This document shows, piece by piece, positions 47,123 through 56,537 of a stretch of 64,000 bases of DNA. Within the stretch, counting starts at the first letter, position 1. Each line of letters opens with the position of its first letter. The position numbers and the translations under genes are program-made. Source of the DNA: Arenicellales bacterium (GTDB lineage Bacteria; Pseudomonadota; Gammaproteobacteria; Arenicellales; JAJDZL01); the NCBI GenBank assembly GCA_958295885.1, contig OY282380.1, forward strand, positions 4,137,109 to 4,201,108. The letters are read 5' to 3'. The notes beneath the pieces are model-generated. The model did no database searches. It worked only from the letters and a program-made list of their open reading frames with translations, and had not been told where the DNA came from.

Positions 47123-47260
47123 TTATTCCTGGCGCTGTCCGATCGGACTTTCGAGTTGATGTACGATTCGCTGCGGATTTCGATGATCGTTAAAATATTC
47201 GGCGAGGCGTTCGAACAGTTGGATTTGGCCGGCGATCTGAGCGGTGAGCAGAACATTTCC
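47123..47260 (-). pseudogene. Short N-terminal fragment of an ISAs1-family (H-repeat, DDE_Tnp_1_assoc) transposase
   Basis: The minus frame reads QLFERLAEYFNDHRNPQRIVHQLESPI. This matches the conserved LxEHFxxIxDxRxxxxxxHxLxDIL N-terminus. No start codon is present and the fragment is cut after about 30 aa. Confidence 0.4.
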
Positions 47261-47575
47261 GTCGGAGGTAATATTTCCGTTGGAAATGTCGGCTTCGATG
47301 CGACTGGACTTGGCATTATTCGGGAATTGACAAGTGAGTTTGACTTTGGTACGTTGAGTACTCGTGTGGAGGATGTTCCTAGTTCCTTTATTATTTTTAT
47401 ATTCAACTAGTTATATTTTTTCCTTGCTTTTTTGCAATCCCATAATGAGAAATTCGAGCTAAACGCAAATGCTGGTTATCGCTGGATGTATTCCTGGCTT
47501 CACAAATCGTTTGGCTTTGCAAAAGGCATCCGCCCGACGGTCCAGGCAAAGCGCCTTAAACCTAAGTTTCATGGT

Positions 47576-47680
47576 TCAGATGATGTCGCTGCTCCCGCAC
47601 ACCCTGCACTTGATGGTTTGGCCATCGATACCACTCTCTGTGATGTCGTCAGCCGGACTGCAGCAAATTGGACATTTCAT
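47576..47680 (-). CDS. Candidate 34 aa zinc-ribbon mini-protein
   Basis: MKCPICCSPADDITESGIDGQTIKCRVCGSSDII has CPxC...CxxC spacing. It is below the ORF-track size cut-off and no ribosome-binding site was evaluated. It could be gene debris. Confidence 0.25.
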   Translation of the reverse strand: MKCPICCSPADDITESGIDGQTIKCRVCGSSDII

Positions 47681-47703
47681 CACTGATTCCTGATTGGTCG
47701 GTA

Positions 47704-47952
47704 CCAACTGTTACGATTTCCCGCGTCACTAACTGCTGCCGATAGCGTCCAATCTACGATGTCGAAAAGGTCTGCAAACGGGTCTTTATCACCAATGGCT
47801 GTCAGCCAGTCGCCAGGTTAGCACCTCACAAGCTCGACAAAACCATCGACCCTGAATGGGTTTGCGCGTATCAGCGGATGATGGCACATTTGGATGAGGG
47901 TGCATCACTTGCCGGGCTTAGAGTCAAGCGCGACGAATTTTATGACCGTTAA
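47704..47952 (+). pseudogene. VapB-type antitoxin gene, disrupted (no start codon, in-frame TAG at 47743)
   Basis: The frame ending in TAA at 47950 reads VPTVTISRVTNCCR*RPIYDVEKVCKRVFITNGCQPVARLAPHKLDKTIDPEWVCAYQRMMAHLDEGASLAGLRVKRDEFYDR. The C-terminus is typical of VapB partners of PIN toxins. The 4-nt ATGA-type overlap region with vapC is retained. Confidence 0.55.
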
Positions 47953-48400
47953 AGGGCGTTTCACCCTTGATACGAACATTCTTATATATGCTATTGACCG
48001 CGACGCGGGCCATAAACACAATTTTCCTAAAAATCTTGTCAGACAAGCAGCTGTTTGTGATTGCGTTTTGACGGTTCAGGTGCTTGGTGAATTCTTCCAT
48101 GCAACAACTCGGAAGAATTTGCTTGACACATCTCATTCCAGTAAATTTGTGAGAAATTTGCTAGAGGTGTTTGAAACGGTTTCTGCTGCCGATTCAGCAC
48201 TTGTCGAGGCCATTGACATCGTCGAAAACCATAATTTGTCATTCTGGGATGCCGTGCTTTGGACCACTGCCCGACAGTTTGGATGCTCCGTGCTCCTCAG
48301 TGAAAACATACCGGACGGCTGGCAGCTTCAGGGCGTAGAAATAATTAATCCGTTCACCGCGGATGCTTCCGCGCGTCTTGAGAATCTTCTCAAAACTTGA
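47942..48400 (+). CDS. vapC: PIN-domain toxin (VapC family)
   Basis: MTVKGRFTLDTNILIYAID...VLGEFFHATT...FWDAVLWTTA...VLLSEN keeps the conserved acidic PIN residues. The start was trimmed from ORF 47894..48400 to the ATG overlapping the antitoxin stop. Confidence 0.78.
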   Translation: MTVKGRFTLDTNILIYAIDRDAGHKHNFPKNLVRQAAVCDCVLTVQVLGEFFHATTRKNLLDTSHSSKFVRNLLEVFETVSAADSALVEAIDIVENHNLSFWDAVLWTTARQFGCSVLLSENIPDGWQLQGVEIINPFTADASARLENLLKT

Positions 48401-48830
48401 TTTTCGATCGAAAATATTTGCAAATACTGTTTGTATTGTTCTTGAAGAGTTCTTTTCAAGTTACGAAACTTGGGAAGATTTCATTTTTCACTTTTCAGGT
48501 CAACTAATGAAGTCATGCTCTGACGCAGGTACGCAAAGTTCGAATGCCAATGAACGAAGTACATTGATTGCCAGGAACTGAGACCGAGATATTTCAGTAT
48601 GACGAGGATTATTGTCGCTGAAGCAATTTGTTGCTTGAACTCCAGTTCCATGAATTTGTTTTACGCAAATTCAAGCCCATCCGCCGATGCTGCCTGAATA
48701 TACTTCGTTCACGGCACAGACGCATCCCGCTCAAGCCCTATATGAGGATTTTTTCTGCCTTCAAGACCACGTGCGAAACCATGAGTCTCAGCCGCATGCA
48801 ATGTTCATAGACCGTGGTGTCTGGCATTCG

Positions 48831-49130
48831 TTAGTCGTTAAGCAAACCCATCTCTTCCAAGAATCTGGAAGGCTGCGTTGGCCGCCCAAAGTAGCATCGT
48901 GCATAGCTTAGGTATAAGTTTGCGGATGACCTCGTTACTGCAACGAAGCAGTTCCGACGTTCCTCTTCGATTCCCCTTTCACCATTCTGGATCGCAAAGT
49001 ATGTAGGAAACTGATTCTCTGCCAGCCCGATCAAAAAAACATTTTGGAACTCCATCCCCTTCGCTGTGTGAACAGTTTGAAGCCTGACGCAACTATTTGG
49101 CAAAAGCTTGCTCTTTGAAACATCATGATT
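48831..49130 (-). pseudogene. 3' fragment of a UvrD/Rep-family (GajB-like) helicase gene, separated from its 5' part by the IS110 insertion
   Basis: ...DVSKSKLLPNSCVRLQTVHTAKGMEFQNVFLIGL...RRNCFVAVTRSSANLYLSY carries helicase motifs V-VI. Confidence 0.8.
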
Positions 49131-50840
49131 TCAGCTTAATCACCCCGAAGTCATGAAATTGGTCGACTGGGAAGTGCAGTCGAATTTTGATAAGCTCTGT
49201 AGAGAATGGAGACGGAACAGTGGTCGTATTTATATTGACGGAAAGAAAGCTCTTTTCCTCGCCTTGAAACTGACCGAAACGGCAGGCACGAGCCCCAAAT
49301 TGTACTCGTCATCAACGGCGTAGACGCACGGCAAAATGCACCACGGTCATTCGACTGTGAGTTTTTTAGTCCTCCCGTTTGCCCCGTCTCCAAATTTTTC
49401 ACCTCACAATAAGGAGGAATGATTATGATAAATGATGATCTGCACATTGTCCATTCACATGCCGCCGGCTTGGATGTGCACAAAATGCAAATCACCGCTT
49501 CGGTGCGGCTGTGCGAGCACGCAGGAGAATCCCCGCGCTGCGACACTCGCAGTTTCAGCGCCTTGCCCGACGGACTCGGGCAAATGAGAGGCTGGCTGCG
49601 TGAACATCAGGTGCAGGCGGCGGCGATGGAAGCGACCGGCATCTACTGGCAAAGACCGTATGACGTGCTGCGAGAAGCCGGCATCGAGGTCAGTCTGCAT
49701 CATGCACATCAGATCAAGCAGTTGCGCGGACGCAAGACCGACATTCAGGATTCGCGTTGGCTGGCGCGGGTGTGCCAGTTCGGACTGGGCAGTCCCAGTT
49801 TCGTGCCCGACAAGCAGTTTCGAGACCTGCGCGAGCTCAGCCGCGGTCGCGCACAACTGCTCGCAGACCGCAGCCGCGTCCGCAATCGGGTGCATCAGGT
49901 GTTGGACCGGGCCGGGCTTCGTATCGGTGGCATTTTAAGCGATATTTTCGGCGTCAATGGGCGGCGTATTCTCAAGGCCGTGCTGCAGCAGAAGCCGACC
50001 GCAGAGGTGCTTGATTCATTGAGCTGGCACGTGCAGGGCAAACGCGAACAGTTTGCCGACGCGCTGCAGGCCAACTTGAGCGACACGGTGCGAGTCACCT
50101 TGAAGACCCTGCTGACCCAGCATGATCAGATTGAGGTGCACGAAAGAGAACTGATGCAGCAAATGCAGCAGGTTCTGCAGCCGTATGCGTCACAACTGGA
50201 GCTGCTGTGCACCATTCCTGGAATCAGTTATGAATCCGCGGCCAGCATCCTAATCGAAATCGGACCGAACCTCAGTGAGTTTGACGGTGCCAACAGTTTT
50301 GCCGCTTGGAGTGGTGTCTGTCCGGGCAACAACGAAAGCGCCGGCAAGCGCCGACACGCACGAACTCGGCGCGGCAACCGCCACATGAAGCGGAGCCTCA
50401 CTGAATGTGCGCACGCGGCCTCACGTAGCAACGGCTGTCAGTTTCAAGCCTACCATAAGGCCTTGACCGTTCGGCGCGGCTACAAACGAGCCATTACCGC
50501 CACCGCACATAAACTGGCGCGGACCATCTATGCAGTACTGCGCGATCAACAGCCTTATCTCGACCCCGTCGCCGACTATCAGCAACTGCTCGTGCGACGC
50601 AATGCGCCACGCTGGGTGCGGGAGTTGAAAAAGTTCGGCATTCTCCAACGCAATCCCGACGGTGAATTCGTTTTGAACTGGTAACGCCTCACTCAGCCGG
50701 GCGGCTAAACTCGGACACCGGCCCGCAGCATAACTTGGGCAGCTGCAAAACCGACCGCTTCGCATACCTGGCGTAGTCTCCATATCTGACTGACTGTGAT
50801 GTTCAAAAAACATCGCAACCATTCTACGCGCCACGACGCA
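49120..50840 (+). mobile_element. IS110-family insertion sequence, apparently intact (ends known only to about +/-15 bp)
   Basis: It is GC-richer than the interrupted AT-rich helicase gene. It consists of about 290 nt of non-coding leader, the transposase ORF and about 150 nt of trailer. No terminal inverted repeats are seen, as expected for IS110. The bounds come from where the helicase frame is lost (stop at 50824-50826) and regained (after 49131). Confidence 0.8.
49425..50684 (+). CDS. IS110-family DEDD transposase
   Basis: AAGLDVHKMQI..., AAMEATGIYWQRPYDVL, KTDIQDSRWLA and a C-terminal PGISYESAASILIEIGPNLSEFDGANSFAAWSGVCPGNNESAGK. AAGGAGG lies 7 nt upstream of the ATG at 49425; the ATG at 49419 is also possible. 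Confidence 0.92.
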   Translation: MINDDLHIVHSHAAGLDVHKMQITASVRLCEHAGESPRCDTRSFSALPDGLGQMRGWLREHQVQAAAMEATGIYWQRPYDVLREAGIEVSLHHAHQIKQLRGRKTDIQDSRWLARVCQFGLGSPSFVPDKQFRDLRELSRGRAQLLADRSRVRNRVHQVLDRAGLRIGGILSDIFGVNGRRILKAVLQQKPTAEVLDSLSWHVQGKREQFADALQANLSDTVRVTLKTLLTQHDQIEVHERELMQQMQQVLQPYASQLELLCTIPGISYESAASILIEIGPNLSEFDGANSFAAWSGVCPGNNESAGKRRHARTRRGNRHMKRSLTECAHAASRSNGCQFQAYHKALTVRRGYKRAITATAHKLARTIYAVLRDQQPYLDPVADYQQLLVRRNAPRWVRELKKFGILQRNPDGEFVLNW

Positions 50841-52461
50841 AGTTTACTACCAATTCAATTTCACGGCAAAATAAATCCATTTCCTGAAGAAAAATATGGA
50901 GATTGACCCTTTCTGAATTCGAATTCTGTATGTCTCTGGAAATTCGAATCCAGTTTCTCTTATCGTCATCGTAATCAGAGTCTAAGTTGTCATTTCCATC
51001 AGCCACATTCAGTCCGTCAAACAGGACAAAAGCCTTTTCTGCAAAAGTGAAGTATTGCAACGAATCGCAAAGTAGTTCTACGCCAATTTGCGCAAACTCC
51101 TTAAGAGTTTCGTTTTCATCTATGGCGGAGAAAAATACCCGAAGCAATGACATGTCCTTGAGGTTTGCATTGGTGAAAACGTCCTCCGCAGATATTGGTT
51201 TTCCGTTAGCCAAAGATACAGTCGCGCAGAGCTTGTTCAAAATGCTGCGAGAGGCTGGCGCGTTCGCTAACTTTAGCGAAAAATACAGCATCTGTACAGC
51301 AGGACTCGCAAAATTCTGATGCCTACTTACAATTTCAGCATTGACTCCGGCATTGTCCATTGTCGTTTTCACTTGGGTCAACAACTTATTGGTCCGAGCT
51401 ATTACAACGCAGGTTTTGCGGTTTTTATTGGGAATATCCTGAATCTCAGCGATCAGTCCATCAATTTCTGCGTCAAAATGATCGAAGTCCATGATTCTAA
51501 TTGATCCGTCAGTCTCACTTCGGGATACGCTGTCCAAATTGAATCCAAGACGATTGGTGTTGTTGGCAATTAGTTCGTTGGCGCGCTTGATGATTTCTGA
51601 AGGACAACGATAATTTTCCGGAATATAGATGGAATTTGGTGTGTAATCCTGTGTGAACTTGATCAATCTGCGTGGGTCTGCACCATTCCACTGAAAGATG
51701 ATTTGGTCATCGTCAGCGACAACAAAGAGGTTTGAAGTGTTGTCAGGGTTTATCAGGCGCAACAGTTCATACTGAGCTTGGTTCGTATCCTGAAATTCAT
51801 CGACACAGACATATCGATACACAGTCTTAACCTGGCTGATTATGCGAGGATGCGTTGTTAGCAACTTCCTAGCCAAGTGCAGCATAGAGCCAAAATCAAG
51901 CTGGTTTTCTTTTATGAGCATGTTCAAATAACCGCGGAAGATGGTTTGTAGTGCACGACAATTTCCGTTTTCCCCAGCTGGAAAATAGTCCGGCAGGTCC
52001 TCGGCATCAATGCCATACGTGAACATTGTGGTAATCTTCTTAATCGAATCCTCGGGATCGGTTATTTCGACATGTTCGCTGTATTGCAGCTCCTTCAGAA
52101 TTGAAATTCGATCTTTTTCATCGGTTATGACGGAGAAATCCGGCTTCAATCCGATTTGACTTCCGTGCTGTCGCAATAGACTAACGCAAAATGCGTGAAA
52201 AGTCCGGATTTGAATTCTATTTGTATTTTCACCCAACAGTTCAAGTATTCGGCTCTGCATCTCAGAAGCAGCTTTTACGGTGAACGTAAGTCCCAGAATA
52301 CGAAACCTCTCGGAGGGGCTGTTCCTGATCAAATTGGCAATTCGCAATGTCAAAATCGCAGTCTTCCCGGACCCTGGCCCTGCAAGAATCAGCAATGGTC
52401 CTTTTTTCCACTCAACAGCCTGACGCTGGTTTGCATTCAACATGTCCATAGAAATGCTCAT
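50824..52461 (-). pseudogene. 5' part (about 535 codons) of the UvrD/Rep-family (GajB-like) helicase gene
   Basis: NANQRQAVEWKKGPLLILAGPGSGKTAILTLRIANL (motifs Q/I), CVDEFQDTNQAQYELL (II) and VVADDDQIIFQWNGA (III). The last roughly 10 codons and the stop are supplied by IS DNA. Confidence 0.85.
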
Positions 52462-53353
52462 TCGTCACCCCTCACCAAAGCAATACATTTTTGGATGATT
52501 TTTTGCACTTCACTGGGAACACCATCCCTTCCTTTGTCCTTCATTAATCGCATAGCTTCTATTGCTGCTGCAGGTTTCGAGAATGATCTCTGTTTTATTT
52601 GGTAAACATCATGCCAGTAATCTGGTCCATCATCAACTGATATTCCCAGCTCTCCGCCGTTCTTTGAGTCGAGTGCATCACGATATGGTTTGCTGTATCC
52701 GGAACAACATAACAGAACCTCTACATTGGGGTAATTCACAATTGATATATGCTTCGACTCCTGTTTATCCTCAAGAAGAGCTTTGGCAGAATTGGCGAAT
52801 TTCTGGCCACCTTGATATAGGTTTTTGTTCCGCCTGCTTGGCTAATTTCTAAGAACCGAACTCCGATGGAGTGAAGTTCTATACCCAACAGCTTGGCACA
52901 TTCAGCGAATACATATGCATCCGTTTCTCCCTCAACCAAGAACCAACACCTCGCAAAAAATAGTTCCCCACGATGCATTCAAACATGATAATTGAACATT
53001 CTCAGTTCATTTGGGTCTAGCAAACATTGAGGAATTGATTTACATACTGTCGTAGAGGAATCATCCCGGCTTATCCTTCGTAATTTCGTTATTGGCACTT
53101 CCGAAAGAATATCACCCGAGTGCGTAGCAACGATTTTCTGACCAGGAAGATCACTGAGAATATGCCACACTGCACGGATTGCGTTCGGATGAAGATGCGC
53201 TTCCGGTTCATCAATGGCGATGATGGGATCAGAATCCTGATCATAATCAGCTGCAAGGCGTTTCTTAAGGTAAGCACATAATAGGAACAAAATGGAAAGG
53301 CTTTGAGTTCCTTTTCCATGGTTATGAATCGGAATTTTCACTGAAAGAATCAA
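52458..53353 (-). pseudogene. GajA-like class 2 OLD-family nuclease gene (ABC-type ATPase plus Toprim): 5'-truncated, with one in-frame TGA and one frameshift
   Basis: GKGTQSLSILF...PIIAIDEPEAHLHPNAIRAV...IVATHSGDIL gives the signature, Walker B and H-loop motifs. After the TGA at 52979-52981 comes ELFFARCWFLVEGETDAYVF (Toprim). A frame change near 52810 leads to QKFANSAKALLEDKQ...NYPNVEVLL. The stop overlaps the helicase start (ATGA). Confidence 0.75.
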
Positions 53354-53960
53354 TATCGGCCATGAAGCCGTCAGACTTGGGGCCGCTGATCAAGCGCAAT
53401 GGCACCGAATCGGAAACCGAGCGGCAGCTCACACCTTGCATTTGATGGGCAACACTCCGCAAGCCTTTTATCTAATCGTGCAGCACCAGCTGATGGCTGA
53501 AAAGGAGCAGGATCCACAACCGAATCTGCTGCCAAATTTGTTTGTAGATCAAGATGATAAAAGCACCCGGAAAGGGGTGCTGCCTGTACCGTGCGTTGGC
53601 TGCCAATTTGGATTAGCAGACGAACTAAGATGAACATAAGGCAGTGCGATTTTACAATCAGCGCGGCGAAGCCTCGGAAAACCGGATCAAGGAATTACGC
53701 ACTGAATTCGGCGGTGCACATTTGCGATGTGGCGATTTTGGCACCAATGCGGCGTATTTCAAGCTGTGTGCGTTAGCCTGCAATCTGTTAACGCTGCCGG
53801 CTGGCTGGGAAAGCAGACGGGCGATCACGATACGCTGGCGTCTGTATGCGCCGGCCGCACAGATCGTCTGCCTGGGCGGCAGTGGACTTTGAAACTCAAT
53901 CGACGCAGCGGCTGCTTATCGACAAATCGCTTTGGTACATCCGCAACCTACCTATAGAGT
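53354..53960 (+). pseudogene. 3' relic of an IS1380-family transposase gene (frameshifted)
   Basis: ...RFYNQRGEASENRIKELRTEFGGAHLRCGDFGTNAAYFKLCALACNLL... is followed, in another frame, by RLPGRQWTLKLNRR. The relic abuts the truncated OLD-nuclease gene. Confidence 0.7.
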
Positions 53961-54149
53961 ACAAATCTGTACTTGACTTTTATTCAGCTGCTGGCCCATT
54001 AATCTATTACGTATTAGCAGAACCAATTTTGCCATAATTCACGCAATGTGAAGTGACAGACACTCCCTTTTGGTGCTGGAGGATGCGGAAAACTTTAACA
54101 ATCGTTCAATTGTCCTTCACCAGGTGTACGAGGAACTCGCAATTTAACG

Positions 54150-54620
54150 ATATCGAGGGGCGTTTTCAGTTGACCGATTACAAAAATACTTAGGGAAGCT
54201 AGACCAGAGCCGGCACGATGGTCGAAACATACCAACTGTCAGTCCACAAATTGGTCAATAGCCGAATCTATTGCGTGTTGAGTCCGGACTGAAGTTGTGT
54301 GTAATAGGTAGTCCGCAACTGCCGACTGTCATGAATCCGCCTCCTCGTGCGGCACCGCTCTCCTCCAATCGACATCAATTCCGACATCGCGGAAGGCTTT
54401 CATGCGTCTTGTCAAAGGAACTTTATTTCCCGACAGTCAAAGGCTCGGCTCGACCACCTCAAAGTGAGAAATCCCGTGGACTGTTCTCGCCACGCAGCGT
54501 ACTGAATAATCGAACCTGTTGGCTGAAAAATTTTCTAATTTCGGATTTGGGCACCTACTAAGTGTACAATTAGGTGTCTACGTTAAAGCTATCTCACGTA
54601 TTGCGATTCAGTTTTTAAGA
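54150..54620 (-). pseudogene. Tyrosine recombinase (phage-integrase family) relic
   Basis: The minus frame reads ...RRRIHDSRQLRTTYYTQLQSGLNTQ*IRLL...WYVS. This resembles the HxLRHTxATxLxxxGxxxxxIQxLLGH...Y box II region. It is heavily degraded. Confidence 0.4.
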
Positions 54621-54648
54621 ATGGAATTCTGGAATTCAAGAGCGAGTG

Positions 54649-55038
54649 ATGACAGACAAACGTGCTAAACGAATGTCTGAGAATATCCAGATTGCTCGTT
54701 TGAACGCGCTCGAAAATATTGTCCGGATATTCGTTAAGGCAATAATTTGGATTGGATCGTTTTTCTTCATTTGATTGTCAATTAAGGAAATTGCTGGAGA
54801 AACTACGATCATAAATGCCGTCGTCAACTACGTCAGTAGTCGCACGGCCTCACTAGCGACATTGCTCGTAATCGTCGTATTGTTAATCTGGGGGCTATTT
54901 GAACGTGATTTGCGACATCGAAAGACTGAAGAGATGCAATCTCACATTAAGAATTTAGAAACTAAAATTGATTCTGAGCGTACAACAAGCGGTTTGACAC
55001 CAACCGGTAAAACTAATCCGGAGGATATTCGAAAATGA
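54649..55038 (+). CDS. Small membrane protein, either 87 aa from TTG 54775 or a roughly 129 aa two-TM protein needing a frameshift at the T-run near 54765-54777
   Basis: The ATG at 54649 gives MTDKRAKRMSENIQIARLNALENIVRIFVKAIIWIGSFFFI*. The next frame continues SIKEIAGETT...SLATLLVIVVLLIWGLF plus a charged tail. The stop overlaps the next gene's ATG (ATGA). Confidence 0.4.
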
Positions 55039-55598
55039 TTGGAATTGAAAGTTTTGTGCATTTCATACAGATCATGTGCTGCGTGCTTTTCCTGATCTGG
55101 TTCTTCTCCAAACTCTGGACATCATTGTGGGTTGATGTAACTAGGCAAAGCTGTTTCGAAATTCGGGATAAACTCTTCATGCTTGCCGCTGACGGTTATC
55201 TGCGGTTCGATGACCCCATATATCGCCGCACGCGCAACTGGCTCAACGCATGCATTCGGCATGCACATGAGTTGAACCTTTGGGCATTCATTGTAGTCTA
55301 CAGGAGCGCAGCGACCAAGTTTGGAACGCACCGATCGCTCATTGATGATGTTCGTGCTATGGAAGACAGTTATCTGCAATCTCAATTGATTGATTTCCAA
55401 ATTCAGACAGCAAGAGCTCTGATGATACTCCTGATAATGCGGTCGCCTTTGATACTAATCCTGATCATCCCGATAATTTGGAGCTGGCTAGTCGCCGGAC
55501 AATTGATGAACTACTTTGAACGTGTGATGTCGGCGGTGCGGGATTTGTCCTACATTTTCGAAGAAACTGACAGGATAACGATCAACCAGATGAACTAA
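55035..55598 (+). CDS. Membrane protein of unknown function (one N-terminal and two or three C-terminal TM segments)
   Basis: 187 aa product with GGAGG 10 nt upstream of the ATG and apparent translational coupling to the preceding ORF. No family was recognised. Confidence 0.55.
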   Translation: MIGIESFVHFIQIMCCVLFLIWFFSKLWTSLWVDVTRQSCFEIRDKLFMLAADGYLRFDDPIYRRTRNWLNACIRHAHELNLWAFIVVYRSAATKFGTHRSLIDDVRAMEDSYLQSQLIDFQIQTARALMILLIMRSPLILILIIPIIWSWLVAGQLMNYFERVMSAVRDLSYIFEETDRITINQMN

Positions 55599-55605
55599 AA
55601 GCTTT

Positions 55606-56095
55606 GAAAAGGAACCGAATTCTGAAATTGAAAAATATATTTCGAGAATCTGAAGAACTTGGCGGATTTTAGACACACTGTTGACCCGACTCGTTCCAAG
55701 TGACTCACAACTTGAGTGCTGTCAGGAAGCGAAGCACTGGCAATCCGTCGAATTGCACCACACAAGAGTGAATTCGAGACAGACCACCGCCTACCTCAAG
55801 GTTGAAACGGCAACTGAATTCTATCAAAGCGCTGCCAGAACCCTTCCAACTGCTTGGGATTGATCGAAAGCACCGTGAAATTGCACTCCATCATGGCTTC
55901 GACGACGTGTTCACGCGGAACTTCTATCGTAATTTCAGCCAAACCCGCGCCAGCTTGGTCCACAATCCAGTTCACCAGCTGATTCAAACTGCAGCCGCCA
56001 TGCGCAGAATAGAGCGTGCCAACCTGTCAACCCTGTGTATCAATCAGACAGGCTGATGATTATTACGCCCCGGAGAATGCCAGCCAAGCGTTCTA
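55606..56095 (-). pseudogene. IS110-family transposase relic 2 (internally deleted, with stops)
   Basis: ...YSAHGGCSLNQLVNWIVDQAGAGLAEITIEVPREHVVEAMMECNFTVLSINPKQLEGFWQRF fits the IS110 N-terminal domain. 55606-55810 is about 70-90% identical to 45380-45590. Confidence 0.6.
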
Positions 56096-56537
56096 TATAC
56101 ATCCATCGTGGCTCTCCTGCTCATCATGGATGAAATAGATCCATCTTTCGATCCGGCTGCCACGATTCACGATTCAAACCCTCTACTGGGACTCTCTGCA
56201 CGAACTGCCCACTGGACATCCATCAAGCGAGGCCAACGATTGAGGCACTGGCACCTCAGCACTCAAAACAGGCACAGGAGGTGGAGTGAAATTGAAGGTT
56301 TTAAAGAAAAGGCCGTTGATTCTCAGCTTGGAAATCAATCAAGGGCATTGAAAGAGCATGCCAGTAAATTACAAGCATGCACCAGTGGTAGATTGCGAAC
56401 GATCAGGCACAATCTGAAAAATTCCATTCTGAATCGAATTTCATATATTTTCTAAAATTATAGCTTGTCCACGTTCGAATGAATCATCAATTGTGTGAAC
56501 ATAGACAATCCGCTTGGAGTGTTCTGTCGAACGCGAG

